64,000 bases of DNA, taken from an uncultured Flavobacteriales bacterium. Its GTDB lineage: Bacteria > Bacteroidota > Bacteroidia > Flavobacteriales > BACL11. The notes beneath the pieces are model-generated. The model did no database searches. It was given only the letters and a program-made list of their open reading frames with translations, and was not told the origin of the DNA. Each line of letters opens with the position of its first letter. Within the stretch, counting starts at the first letter, position 1. This document shows positions 29,201 through 36,655 of the stretch, piece by piece. The stretch lies in the NCBI GenBank assembly GCA_949372805.1, contig CASIBH010000006.1:91896-155895 (forward strand), given 5' to 3'. Both the position numbers and the translations under genes were made by a program.

Positions 29201-29723
29201 TATAGATGTTAATGATGTTAAGACAATGATATCATCTAACATATCAACTAATGGTACAAACCCTACAATTACCCTTGGACAAGAGGTGCAATTATATTCA
29301 GAAAATAACTACTGCGATACATGGCAATGGTCATGGGGTGATCAAATAAATAATAATCAAAGTTTTTATGACGATCCAATTGTTTCAACTTGGTACACTC
29401 TTAATGTAGATTCTGCTGGATGTCAAGGTATTGATTCTATTTATATAGTTGTTGGAGTCCTTCCTTATGATGCAATTACTCCAAATGGTGATGGAATGAA
29501 TGATACATGGGATATTCTTGATATTAATAGCTATCCTGATGCAAATGTAAAAGTATTTAATAGGTGGGGTGAAGTAGTTCATGAGTGTTCTGGAGGCTCA
29601 AATTATATTGCTTGGGATGGAACATTTAAGGGTGATTTACTTGCTGTGGGTACTTATTATTACGTTATTGATTTAAATAATGGTGATGAACCACAGACTG
29701 GACCAATTACAATTTTAAGATAA
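23241..29723 (+). CDS. 2160-aa SprB-repeat cell-surface adhesin with a type IX secretion (type B, gliding-motility-associated) C-terminal domain
   Basis: Signal peptide ...SLSVNA|Q. About 22 Cys-bracketed repeats of 75-80 aa follow the pattern C-x-G-x2-DG ... GGT-x-PY-x-Y ... GL-x-G-x-Y ... D-x-NGC. Two Ig-like modules follow. The C-terminus ITPNGDGMNDTWDIL...FNRWGEVV...WDGTFKG...GTYYYVI...ITILR completes the protein. Confidence 0.9.
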   Translation: MKKIFYIASFLCFGLVSLSVNAQVTLDSVVVTNPINCAGDFADVETYITQTNPPTVIQLKAFKFTGFAYLPYLSSSQTSGTNVILNGFEANDYVMLMVDSVQFITNYPGPPGSGLSQLFFTTSDFATALADTASVLDSANFTVLGKTQLNALTNTFMTNLCFGDCDASEIISVSGGTLPYSLNGLTFTGLDTTLLNLCSGNYSVVVSDANGCSTNTSPTNFLISDPSQLNMSAIINSNYNGQDVSCFGDSDGEILASATGGTPSYTYSIDGSNYSSSPMFSGLNSGLYTVYYLDNNNCSSSENITLSDPSVLSGSLSLTQSVSCFGICDAEINFTVDNTQTGTAPYTYTIDGGLNFQNSSIFSSLCGNANYDVAVYDVNNCSYSQNINVSEPASITFGNSTSNFNGYEISCNGNSDGEIILFSILGGTPNYAYSIDGGLNYSSNTIFSGLSEGSYTVVVIDASGCTADSLITLDAPLPFTLSSVETSNISCFESCDGGIIAVAGNGVGIISYDLTGFLTQTSSVFNGLCGDITYGSYILDATDENSCSATTNVSLSEPLDFTYSVDSFANFCGTSTGEASITVNQGGTQPYFYLWDDINNQTSPTATGLDAGTFTVAVTDNNGCLLGTEDIIVNDQDMTLSFTTTPPCNNGGDGSATVIPNGNPGYSVLWSNGQTSFTATGLNPGFYTVQVTDIYCTVTDSIEVPQSSIVDISLDTITSDLLVDCYGYPSSGVTVNTTGGTGANTYMYYIPNISPTPQASNVFTGLFAGSYPIYTYDGNGCSDSVMVTISEPDELTFSTYSSDVSCFQGNDGSAYVDNVDGGQSPYTFSWSNGASNSYVSSLLAGDYYITVLDDNGCTSNPASILVTINEPTELTTSTNVLSNSNCAGSQAIASGEIEVLVSGATPSYSFIWSNGSTSPIISSLLPGIYTVNVSDVNGCVVTDTAEILSGSNPELNVIVQNVSCFGANDGMMFTSANFGTPPYNFSADGGNTFVPSGTPFGPGGEAFYFITVVDSIGCIDNDSVFVYEPELLEILNIDIQNISCNGNIDGELTVIHSGGNPNITYSWNDVNSQTTSTAVGLAIGSYNVIITDSAGCADTSGFVSISQPDSLIITSISSTDANCFGANDGSVSVVVDGGTLDYSYNWSFGGINQTELAVSAGSYNVIVSDSNGCTNTANISVDQPLQIIATYSRDSVSCLNGSDGSATVFVSGGFGPYSYLWDNGSTLSFADNLSSGYHNLIITDANLCQVLDSVEILSPLFDIAIDSLIINDVSCYGANNGSLEIVASGGNYPYLYSNTNGFNMQSLNSFVSLSPQSYVIYVEDNKGCFDRDTIHLTQPDSLYIDTTIFSNIQCFGDANGSIDAINALGGTGAYTYSINGGFQYSNTSYFNGFSAGILTVEVFDANNCVGQDIVIINEPSELFVDITVSDWNNYQIRCNEDSSGFANFIISGGVAPYLKSCISNNDTLVSSYVSSVTNLSAGIYDFVVQDGYGCIYEESISFLEPAPIEHNFIATHITCNGLDNASLIDSVYGGVGSANTYSYLWDTGETTYSLINLSVGTYSITVTDENNCVSDSSFIINNNNALDASVDMNITSEVSCFDFCDGEIGLFVSGGIPNLSSSGSAEYNYQWNDTLLQTSLQAIGLCVDNSSNITEYTCIVFDAQGCSDTVSYALSQPEKLIVTASILEEVLCNAGDNGKINANVTGGNGGNEFYWNNSSNWNNSSLNNDLFSGSYVVVARDDKGCLDTTEIFLEQPTELAISITEQDISCYGSDDGEITVNTFGGTPNPGIPPTYNYLWSPGGQITQTATGLSPNIYSVTVSDNNGCLIVSESVNISAPTNPLVINVDSIDETCALNDGEASVTVLGGTLPYNYNWSNGANTYSINGLTPGSYSVEVLDDNGCQVSSSTIVNGVSNVFLPGNLNILNESICLGEVLSINIEEKPGLTYFWLDGLTQSDREVSPQSSTIYTLEITDPNCSIPYLVEAIIDVNDVKTMISSNISTNGTNPTITLGQEVQLYSENNYCDTWQWSWGDQINNNQSFYDDPIVSTWYTLNVDSAGCQGIDSIYIVVGVLPYDAITPNGDGMNDTWDILDINSYPDANVKVFNRWGEVVHECSGGSNYIAWDGTFKGDLLAVGTYYYVIDLNNGDEPQTGPITILR
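23721..28975 (+). repeat. array of about 22 SprB-type protein repeats (periodic at protein level, diverged at DNA level)
   Basis: I counted the repeat-initial motifs (SCFGDSDGE, SCNGNSDGE, SCFQGNDGS, NCFGANDGS, SCYGSDDGE and others) from residue 161 to about residue 1910. Confidence 0.8.
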
Positions 29724-29728
29724 AAAAA

Positions 29729-30658
29729 ATGATGATGAAAAAAATTACTCTTTTAGCTTTAACTTGTTTTCTTAGTGTAGTAATACATGCTCAACAATTA
29801 CCACAAATAACACAATACATGATGAATAGTTATGTAGTTAACCCTGCTACTGCAGGCATGAAAGACTATTATCAAGTTAGAACAAGTATAAGAAATCAAT
29901 GGGCTGGTATTGCGGACGCTCCCAGCACAACGGTATTAAGTATTTATGGAAAACAGAATGCTAATGTTGGATTAGGTGGTATAGTATTTAATGATCAAGT
30001 TGGCCCAACAAGTAGGTCAGGAGTTTCTGCTTCATATGCTTATCATTTTAAAATTAAACAAAATTTAAATCTTGCTTTAGCTCTTTCGGGTGGATTTACA
30101 CAGTTTAAAATTGATAAAAATGGCTGGAATGTTGCAAATACAGATGACCCACTAACCCAAGGAGATATAATTGTGCAATCAGTGCCAGACGCAACATTTG
30201 GTCTTAATCTTTATAATGATAAATGGTACCTTGGCCTCTCAATTCCTCAGCTTTTGACAAGTAACCTTAATTTACTTGATAATGATTTCGCTGATAAATT
30301 AACTTCTGATCAAACAGGTAATCTTTCTAGGCATATATTTGTTCTAGGGGCGTACACACATTCATTAAATAAAAATTGGAAAATAGAACCATCAATTTTA
30401 TTAAAATCTGTTGAGCCAATGCCCGCGCAAATGGACATTGGTATAAAAGCTATTTATGATGATAAACTTTGGTTTGGTACAGATTACAGAACTAATGGAG
30501 ATATAGCTGCCTTAGTAGGATATTCTATTCAGGATAGGTATATGATTGGTTACTCATATGATGTTTTAAATTCAGATCTAAGCGACTATTCTAATGGTTC
30601 TCATGAATTTATGTTAGCTGTTAAGTTTGCTCCACCATCAAATAAACCATTAAGATAA
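29729..30658 (+). CDS. PorP/SprF-family type IX secretion system membrane protein
   Basis: The signal ...VIHA|QQLPQITQYMMNSYVVNPATAG is the family's typical N-terminus. The protein has beta-barrel-like alternating sequence and starts 5 nt after the adhesin stop. Confidence 0.9.
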   Translation: MMMKKITLLALTCFLSVVIHAQQLPQITQYMMNSYVVNPATAGMKDYYQVRTSIRNQWAGIADAPSTTVLSIYGKQNANVGLGGIVFNDQVGPTSRSGVSASYAYHFKIKQNLNLALALSGGFTQFKIDKNGWNVANTDDPLTQGDIIVQSVPDATFGLNLYNDKWYLGLSIPQLLTSNLNLLDNDFADKLTSDQTGNLSRHIFVLGAYTHSLNKNWKIEPSILLKSVEPMPAQMDIGIKAIYDDKLWFGTDYRTNGDIAALVGYSIQDRYMIGYSYDVLNSDLSDYSNGSHEFMLAVKFAPPSNKPLR

Positions 30659-30662
30659 ATTT

Positions 30663-30691
30663 AAAAAAAACCCTCTTTAAGGAGGGTTTTT
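30663..30691 (+). terminator. rho-independent terminator after the adhesin-PorP pair
   Basis: Stem aaccctc / gagggtt, which extends through the flanking A and T runs. The loop is tttaag and a T-run follows. It lies 5 nt after the stop at 30658. Confidence 0.8.
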
Positions 30692-30835
30692 AAATGTTGC
30701 ATGATTATTTCTCTGGAAAGAAATGCAACTTAAAACAAGTTTCAACGATGTCACAAATCTAACTCAAAACACAAGCGATACTATATTATGATTTTTTATA
30801 TATTAACACACATTTGTTAATCTTTCCAGACTTAA

Positions 30836-31570
30836 ATGAAATTACTAGATATATTTCTTATCCTTATTTTACTTAGCAGTTGTTTTTTTTCTGATGAAAA
30901 AGATAATAAATTGAAATTTGTAAACGTAGATGTTAATGATTTTCTTGGTAAATATAGCTCTGAAAACTCATTAATATTAGATGTTAGAACTGTTAAAGAG
31001 ATTAGCCAAGGTTATATTGAAGGAGCAACATTTATAGATTTTTATAGTGATGACTTTGATGATAAGATTAAAATTCTTAATAAAGACTTAACTATTCATG
31101 TATATTGTAAGAGTGGGGGAAGAAGTAAAAGTGTTGCAGAAAAACTTATTTCTAGTGGATTTACTCAAGTATTAAACCTTAATGGAGGTTTTGATTCGTG
31201 GAAGAAAGAAAAGAAATTTATTATACCTGAATACACTAATAAAGAACCTGAAGAGTCTGTAATATATAATTTAGACTCTCTTAATTACATAATAGAAAAT
31301 CATACAACTCTAATGTATATTTACACTAAGTGGTGTAGTCCTTGCCGAAAAATGTCTCCTATTGTTGATCAAATAAAATCAGATTTTAATAATCTTAAGG
31401 TAGTTTTTGTTGATGCAGATATTTACCCTGGAATGCTAAAAAGATTTCAATCATCTTCTGTTCCTACCATTTTATTTTTAGAAGATAGTAAGATCTTATG
31501 GAAAAAAAACGGCCTTAGCTCATACAAAGAATTGGTCGAATCAATAAATGAAGAATTATTAGTTTTATGA
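30836..31570 (+). CDS. lipoprotein fusing a rhodanese domain to a thioredoxin domain
   Basis: Lipobox LLSSC, rhodanese active-site loop HVYCKSGGRSKS and thioredoxin motif WCSPC. Length is 244 aa. Confidence 0.7.
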   Translation: MKLLDIFLILILLSSCFFSDEKDNKLKFVNVDVNDFLGKYSSENSLILDVRTVKEISQGYIEGATFIDFYSDDFDDKIKILNKDLTIHVYCKSGGRSKSVAEKLISSGFTQVLNLNGGFDSWKKEKKFIIPEYTNKEPEESVIYNLDSLNYIIENHTTLMYIYTKWCSPCRKMSPIVDQIKSDFNNLKVVFVDADIYPGMLKRFQSSSVPTILFLEDSKILWKKNGLSSYKELVESINEELLVL

Positions 31571-32667
31571 AAATAGCAATACTTGGAACTAGGGGTATTC
31601 CTAATAATTATGGTGGATTTGAACAATGCGCTGAAATGCTTTCTGCAGGACTAGTTGAGAAAGGTCATAATGTTACAGTATACAATCCAGATTTTCATCC
31701 ATATCAAAATAATATCTATCGTGGAGTTAATATTAAACGAATATATAGTCCTCAAGATAAAATTGGCACATCTGCATCTAATTTTGTTTTTGATTATCTA
31801 TGTCTTAAGGATGCCATTAAAGAAGGTTATGACATCATCCTTGAGCTTGGTTTAATAACTGCTGCTCCATCAATAATTTTTTGTCGAAAAAAGAAGAATA
31901 TAATTGTTACAAATTTAGATGGCTTAGAATGGAAACGTGCAAAATGGAATCCAATTGTTAGATTTATAACAAAGCAACTTGAGCGTTTTGGTGTTTATTT
32001 TTCAAACTTTATTATTTCTGACAATATTGGAATTAAAGATTATGTCTTTGAACAGTATGGAAAAGAATCAGAATTTATTGCATATGGCGCTGATAAGATT
32101 AATACTCCAAATAAATTATTAATCAGCAAGTATATAAATGCTAATGAAGATTATTTTTTAACTATAGCTAGACTTGAACCTGAAAATAATATTGATTTAA
32201 TGTGTGATGCTTTTTTACTTTCAGATACTAAAAAACCTTACTATATAATAGGAAATGTCAACACTTCATACGGAAGCTCACTTTTAAATAAGTATAAAAA
32301 TACTTCAATAATTTTTTTAGGAGCAATCTTTAATAAAGATGAACTAGATTCTTTTAGATATTTTTCAAAATTATATATTCACGGTCATTCTGTGGGAGGC
32401 ACAAATCCTGCCCTTTTAGAAGCAATGACTGCCAAAGCTTTTATTATTTGTCATGATAATAAGTTTAATAAATCGGTAATTAGCTCAGGAGCTTTATATT
32501 TTAATAGCGTAGATTCATTAAAATTAATTTTTAATAATTCAGCTATATATGATAATAAAGAGGTATTTGTGAAACAAAATTTAGTAAGTATTGAGAAAAA
32601 CTACAGATGGAACATAGTCATTGATAAATATGAGGATTATTTTAAAAGAATTTTAAATAATAAATAA
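31567..32667 (+). CDS. glycosyltransferase (GT4-like with DUF1972-type N-terminus)
   Basis: N-terminus MKIAILGTRGIPNNYGGFEQCAE and a C-terminal GT-B block (HGHSVGGTNPALLEAM). It overlaps the upstream gene at an ATGA junction. Confidence 0.65.
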   Translation: MKIAILGTRGIPNNYGGFEQCAEMLSAGLVEKGHNVTVYNPDFHPYQNNIYRGVNIKRIYSPQDKIGTSASNFVFDYLCLKDAIKEGYDIILELGLITAAPSIIFCRKKKNIIVTNLDGLEWKRAKWNPIVRFITKQLERFGVYFSNFIISDNIGIKDYVFEQYGKESEFIAYGADKINTPNKLLISKYINANEDYFLTIARLEPENNIDLMCDAFLLSDTKKPYYIIGNVNTSYGSSLLNKYKNTSIIFLGAIFNKDELDSFRYFSKLYIHGHSVGGTNPALLEAMTAKAFIICHDNKFNKSVISSGALYFNSVDSLKLIFNNSAIYDNKEVFVKQNLVSIEKNYRWNIVIDKYEDYFKRILNNK

Positions 32668-33780
32668 GTCAGAAGATATTGCATCTGCAAATAGCATGCC
32701 TTTATTTGTCAGTTTTAAACTGTTATTCTCTAATATCGCATTTTCATTCTCTATCCATTTTCTTGAATTTTTCTTAAAATGAGAAGTAATCATTTTATCA
32801 AAATTATTCTCTAAATAATCTAAACTTACACCCCAAATTGTTCTTAGAGATGTCAGCGTGTATTCATTATATTTTTGATTTATGGACAATATTTCCTCAT
32901 CAAAATACTTTTCTCCACTATTAATAAATGTTATATATTTTAAATTATTAGAAATATTCCATCTTCTACTTTCTCCATTATAAGAATGAGCTGAGGGGCC
33001 AATTCCTAAATATATTTTATCTTCCCAATATGAAGTGTTGTGAAGAGCAAATTTATCTTTTCTACAGAAATTAGATATCTCATATTGTTTATATCCTATC
33101 TCTGAAGAAATTTCTTGAAGAATTTTAAAGTGATTCTCAGATTTACTTTCAGATAAAGGTTTAATTTTCTTCTTTTTAATTAGATAATTAAGTTTTGTAT
33201 TAGGTTCAACTGTCAAGGCGTATGCTGAGAAATGGTCTATTTGCAAGTCAAACATTTGTTGAAGATTTTTTTCCCAAATACTCTCTGTTTGATTTGGCAC
33301 TCCGTAGATTAAATCAATACTTATATTGTCAAAGCCACATTCCTTTGCAAGTTGAATGGAGTTTATTGCTTCTGCAGCATTATGACTCCTATTCATAAAA
33401 ATGAGATCTTTATTTTCGAAGGATTGAATTCCAATACTTAATCTATTAATTCCTGCAGTCCTTAATATATTTAATTTTTCTTTTTTAATATCATCAGGAT
33501 TAAACTCCATTGTTATCTCAGCAGATTTTTTTACTTCATATAAAGAATAGATTTTTTCTATTATACTTATTATGTGTTTCACATCAATTATTGAAGGAGT
33601 TCCTCCCCCAAAGTAGATACTATCAATTTTTTTTGTCTTTAAATAGCTTTTTCTTTGATCTAATTCTATAATCATTCCACTAACTAACTCTTCAACATTA
33701 TCTTTCTTAGTTGAAAAATGAAAATTACAATAATTGCACTTTTGTTTGCAGAAGGGTATGTGGATATATATTCCAGCCAA
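32653..33780 (-). CDS. hemW: radical-SAM HemN/HemW-family protein (haem chaperone / coproporphyrinogen oxidase-like)
   Basis: YIHIPFCKQKCNYCNF (CxxxCxxC) and GGGTPS motifs. Length is 375 aa. Confidence 0.85.
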   Translation of the reverse strand: MAGIYIHIPFCKQKCNYCNFHFSTKKDNVEELVSGMIIELDQRKSYLKTKKIDSIYFGGGTPSIIDVKHIISIIEKIYSLYEVKKSAEITMEFNPDDIKKEKLNILRTAGINRLSIGIQSFENKDLIFMNRSHNAAEAINSIQLAKECGFDNISIDLIYGVPNQTESIWEKNLQQMFDLQIDHFSAYALTVEPNTKLNYLIKKKKIKPLSESKSENHFKILQEISSEIGYKQYEISNFCRKDKFALHNTSYWEDKIYLGIGPSAHSYNGESRRWNISNNLKYITFINSGEKYFDEEILSINQKYNEYTLTSLRTIWGVSLDYLENNFDKMITSHFKKNSRKWIENENAILENNSLKLTNKGMLFADAISSDLFII

Positions 33781-33816
33781 ATAATCTAATTTATTTATTA
33801 CAGTGTAAATTTAAGC

Positions 33817-34227
33817 TTATTCTATAAATCTAGCTAGATTCTCTTTTGTAGGAATTGAGCATGTATTTCTTTTACCAAAAAATCGATATCTATTTTTAGC
33901 AATAAAATCGTATTTAAAATCTAACACTTTTTTTGGAATAATTTTAAGTATAATAAAAGGCTTAAAAAATATACTTAATGAAGCGATTATTTGAATTGCA
34001 GCATCAGATTTTATTTTTATTTTATTATCAGATAATAGAATTATCGAATCAATTTTTTTTTGATTTAAATTAAATTTTTTAGCTAGCTCTTGACCTTTTT
34101 TTCCTGAAATAGGAGAAAATAAAAACTGTTCTTTTTTATCAAGTTTAATAATGAAATTTACAAATGTATTACACATATTGCACATGCCGTCAAAGAGTAT
34201 TATATCTTTATTTTTATTATGCATCAT
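33817..34227 (-). CDS. DCC-family (DUF393) putative thiol-disulfide oxidoreductase
   Basis: ILFDGMCNMCNTFV carries the D-x2-C-x2-C signature. Length is 136 aa. It starts 7 nt after the TonB receptor stop. Confidence 0.75.
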   Translation of the reverse strand: MMHNKNKDIILFDGMCNMCNTFVNFIIKLDKKEQFLFSPISGKKGQELAKKFNLNQKKIDSIILLSDNKIKIKSDAAIQIIASLSIFFKPFIILKIIPKKVLDFKYDFIAKNRYRFFGKRNTCSIPTKENLARFIE

Positions 34228-34234
34228 AGTATAG

Positions 34235-36655
34235 TTATAATCTAATTTCTATTGTAGTATAAATATTTCTATTTGGAGATGGTATAATTCCAGGTCCTGG
34301 ATATCCTGTTGCTCTTCGAGTAAAATACTTATTATCTAGAATATTGTTTATTCCAAATTCAAATTTAAGTTTTTTATATTTATAAGAGGCTGACAGGTCT
34401 AAGACCTCGTATGATGGTATTTGTCCAATAACTCCACTTAGGTTGCTCTCCACCGCATTTGAGGCGTCAGTAAATTGATCAGACAAGACTGTAAGCTGAA
34501 GGTTTGTTAAAATATTTTTATAACCTAATCTAACTCCAGATTTTAAATTTATTATAGGTATAAATTCAACTCTATTGCCAATTATACCATTCTTGTCAGA
34601 GTCTATATATTCTGAGTTAATAAATGATGTATTGATATAAAAAGTAAAGATATTATTTTCATCATTTGATATAAGCTTGTTGATGTTTATATCCACTAAT
34701 GTTTCAAGACCGTATATTAGAGCATCACCAACATTGCCTCTCTCGCTTTTTACGCTACCATCATCAAACTCTTTTTGAACAAAACCAATACGATTATTAT
34801 AAAACAAATTAAATACACTGATGTCATATGAAAAGATTTTCTTAAAATCTCCTCTTAAACCAAGATCAATAGTAAACCCTTTCTCGTCCTGAATATCTGG
34901 ACTAATAACAAAAGCAGGATTTATTATGCTAATATCTGCAAAAGTAACTGAACGATAGTTTTGTGAGATATTACCATAAATTTCTATTCCTTTTTTATAG
35001 CTTATTCCTGTTCCTAGTAGAACAAATGCACGATTATTATTATTATTATTATAAATGGTGCTATCAAGTATTACATTATCTGCTGCATCAAGATTTATTT
35101 TTTTGTAAAACCCTATGCTTTCTGTCTTAATATGTTCCAGCCTAAAACCAGGAGTGATCGAAAGATATTGATTAATCTTAAAAATATTTTCTCCAAATAA
35201 CGCAATGTTAAGGTTTGGATATCTATAATTTGATTGATTATTATAGTGAGGGTAATTTAATCGATCAAAATTAAAATCAGGCTCAATATTATCAGATCCG
35301 GGCCCCTGCTCACTATAATTATCTGATTTATAAAATTTCGTTCCAATCAGAAATGCTGATTGATGATTATTTAAAAGATATTTTTTTAGGTATTTTGCTT
35401 CAAAACCAAAATTATTAAAATTACTTTTAATTAAATCTCTTTCCTCAAATGAATCTATCTGACTAACTCTGTTTGTTCTAAATCCAAGAGCATATCTATT
35501 TGCTTTTAGGCCAAATAAATTAAGTGATAATGAGTTGTTTTTCGATGGTGTATAAAAAACCTGGAAATTGTATAGCAGCCACCCAACCTTAAACCAATTT
35601 CTTTCTCTATTGCTTTGTAATGGGTTTTGATTAAACATCACGTCAGATAATCCACCAGCTTGCTGTGCTAAATAATCTAGAAAAGTTATTTCTGTAGATA
35701 ATTTTATTTTGCTATTAAATTCATATCCTATGTGAGTATATATATTTGAGGATTCAAATTTAGAATTAGGCCTGAAGCCATCACCTTTCTTGTAATTAAT
35801 GAATGAGATATAGCTAAACTTATTTACTCTTCCACTTAAGCTTGTGTAATTAGTATAAAGTTTATTACTTCCAAATGTGTTACGACTAATAATCTCGGCA
35901 CTTCTTTCAAGGTTTGGTTTTTTCATTATAAAATTAACTAGCCCTCCAAATTGAGTTCCATACTGTAATGACGCTGCTCCTCTGACAATTTGTATTTCCT
36001 CTAATCCTTCAGATGCTGGGGCGTAATAGCTCTCAGGATAGCCTAAGACATCAGCACTGATATCATATCCATTTTGTCTAGTGTTAAAATTAGCTGTTCT
36101 GTTAGGGTCTAAACCTCTTCCTCCAATGTTAAGTTGTAATCCAGCATCATCATTCTGATAAATATTTAATCCCGAAATCTGACTATAAATTTGTCGTGCA
36201 TTATTTGAGGCGAGATTAGCCATAGACTGATTTACTAATATTACTTCATTTTTTTTTCCTGCATATATTGAGGTTCCTTCGATATCATTGAGTCTTTTTA
36301 TTTCAAATATCTTTTGTTTTCTCTGAGTAATTTCTACTTCCATTAATTCTTTTGAAAGAGGCAGTAACTCTGTATTAATTATTGTATCACCATTAATAGA
36401 TATAGATTGTTCGTAAACATTATAATTATATGCGAAAAAAATTAAGCTTAGTTTGTTTTTTGTGGTGGTAAATTCAAAAAATCCTTTAGAATTTGTCTGA
36501 GCTAATTTTCCAAAACTCTTTTCAAAAATTTCTACATCTTTAATAGGGTTTTTAGAGTCTAATGATATTATTTTTCCTGAAATAATATTTTGTCCATTTA
36601 AATTACTAAAACTGAGTAAGAAAAAAAATAGAAGTATGTCTTTTAATGATCTCAT
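34235..36655 (-). CDS. TonB-dependent outer-membrane receptor with N-terminal carboxypeptidase-regulatory-like domain
   Basis: The start is set at M8 of the ORF-track model, whose ATG overlaps the HTTM TGA as ATGA (36652-36655). The signal ends ...SNLNG|Q. Plug-domain blocks are present (IQIVRGAASLQYGTQFGGLVNF), followed by a long beta-barrel with alternating pattern. Confidence 0.85.
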   Translation of the reverse strand: MRSLKDILLFFFLLSFSNLNGQNIISGKIISLDSKNPIKDVEIFEKSFGKLAQTNSKGFFEFTTTKNKLSLIFFAYNYNVYEQSISINGDTIINTELLPLSKELMEVEITQRKQKIFEIKRLNDIEGTSIYAGKKNEVILVNQSMANLASNNARQIYSQISGLNIYQNDDAGLQLNIGGRGLDPNRTANFNTRQNGYDISADVLGYPESYYAPASEGLEEIQIVRGAASLQYGTQFGGLVNFIMKKPNLERSAEIISRNTFGSNKLYTNYTSLSGRVNKFSYISFINYKKGDGFRPNSKFESSNIYTHIGYEFNSKIKLSTEITFLDYLAQQAGGLSDVMFNQNPLQSNRERNWFKVGWLLYNFQVFYTPSKNNSLSLNLFGLKANRYALGFRTNRVSQIDSFEERDLIKSNFNNFGFEAKYLKKYLLNNHQSAFLIGTKFYKSDNYSEQGPGSDNIEPDFNFDRLNYPHYNNQSNYRYPNLNIALFGENIFKINQYLSITPGFRLEHIKTESIGFYKKINLDAADNVILDSTIYNNNNNNRAFVLLGTGISYKKGIEIYGNISQNYRSVTFADISIINPAFVISPDIQDEKGFTIDLGLRGDFKKIFSYDISVFNLFYNNRIGFVQKEFDDGSVKSERGNVGDALIYGLETLVDININKLISNDENNIFTFYINTSFINSEYIDSDKNGIIGNRVEFIPIINLKSGVRLGYKNILTNLQLTVLSDQFTDASNAVESNLSGVIGQIPSYEVLDLSASYKYKKLKFEFGINNILDNKYFTRRATGYPGPGIIPSPNRNIYTTIEIRL

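Noticed and set aside
27860-29582. Minus-strand ORFs at 27860-28123 and 29385-29582 inside the adhesin gene
   Set aside because: They are antisense to the continuous 2160-codon reading frame and are chance open frames.
30696-30729. Second, imperfect hairpin (gttgcat ... atgcaac with a bulge) just after the PorP terminator
   Set aside because: It has only a 7+5 bp interrupted stem and no T-run. It could be a back-up terminator or a small RNA element, but the evidence is insufficient.
31655-31855. 66-aa plus-strand ORF in another frame of the glycosyltransferase gene, and similarly 49314-49508 within the esterase gene
   Set aside because: These are alternative-frame ORFs inside longer genes that have recognisable motifs. 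The translations are low-complexity.
32653-33780. HemW-like radical-SAM gene as a sixth member of the HTTM/TonB cluster
   Set aside because: It is co-directional and only 36 nt downstream of the DCC gene. However, HemW is a widespread housekeeping haem chaperone, so the adjacency may be incidental. I left it out of the core hypothesis.
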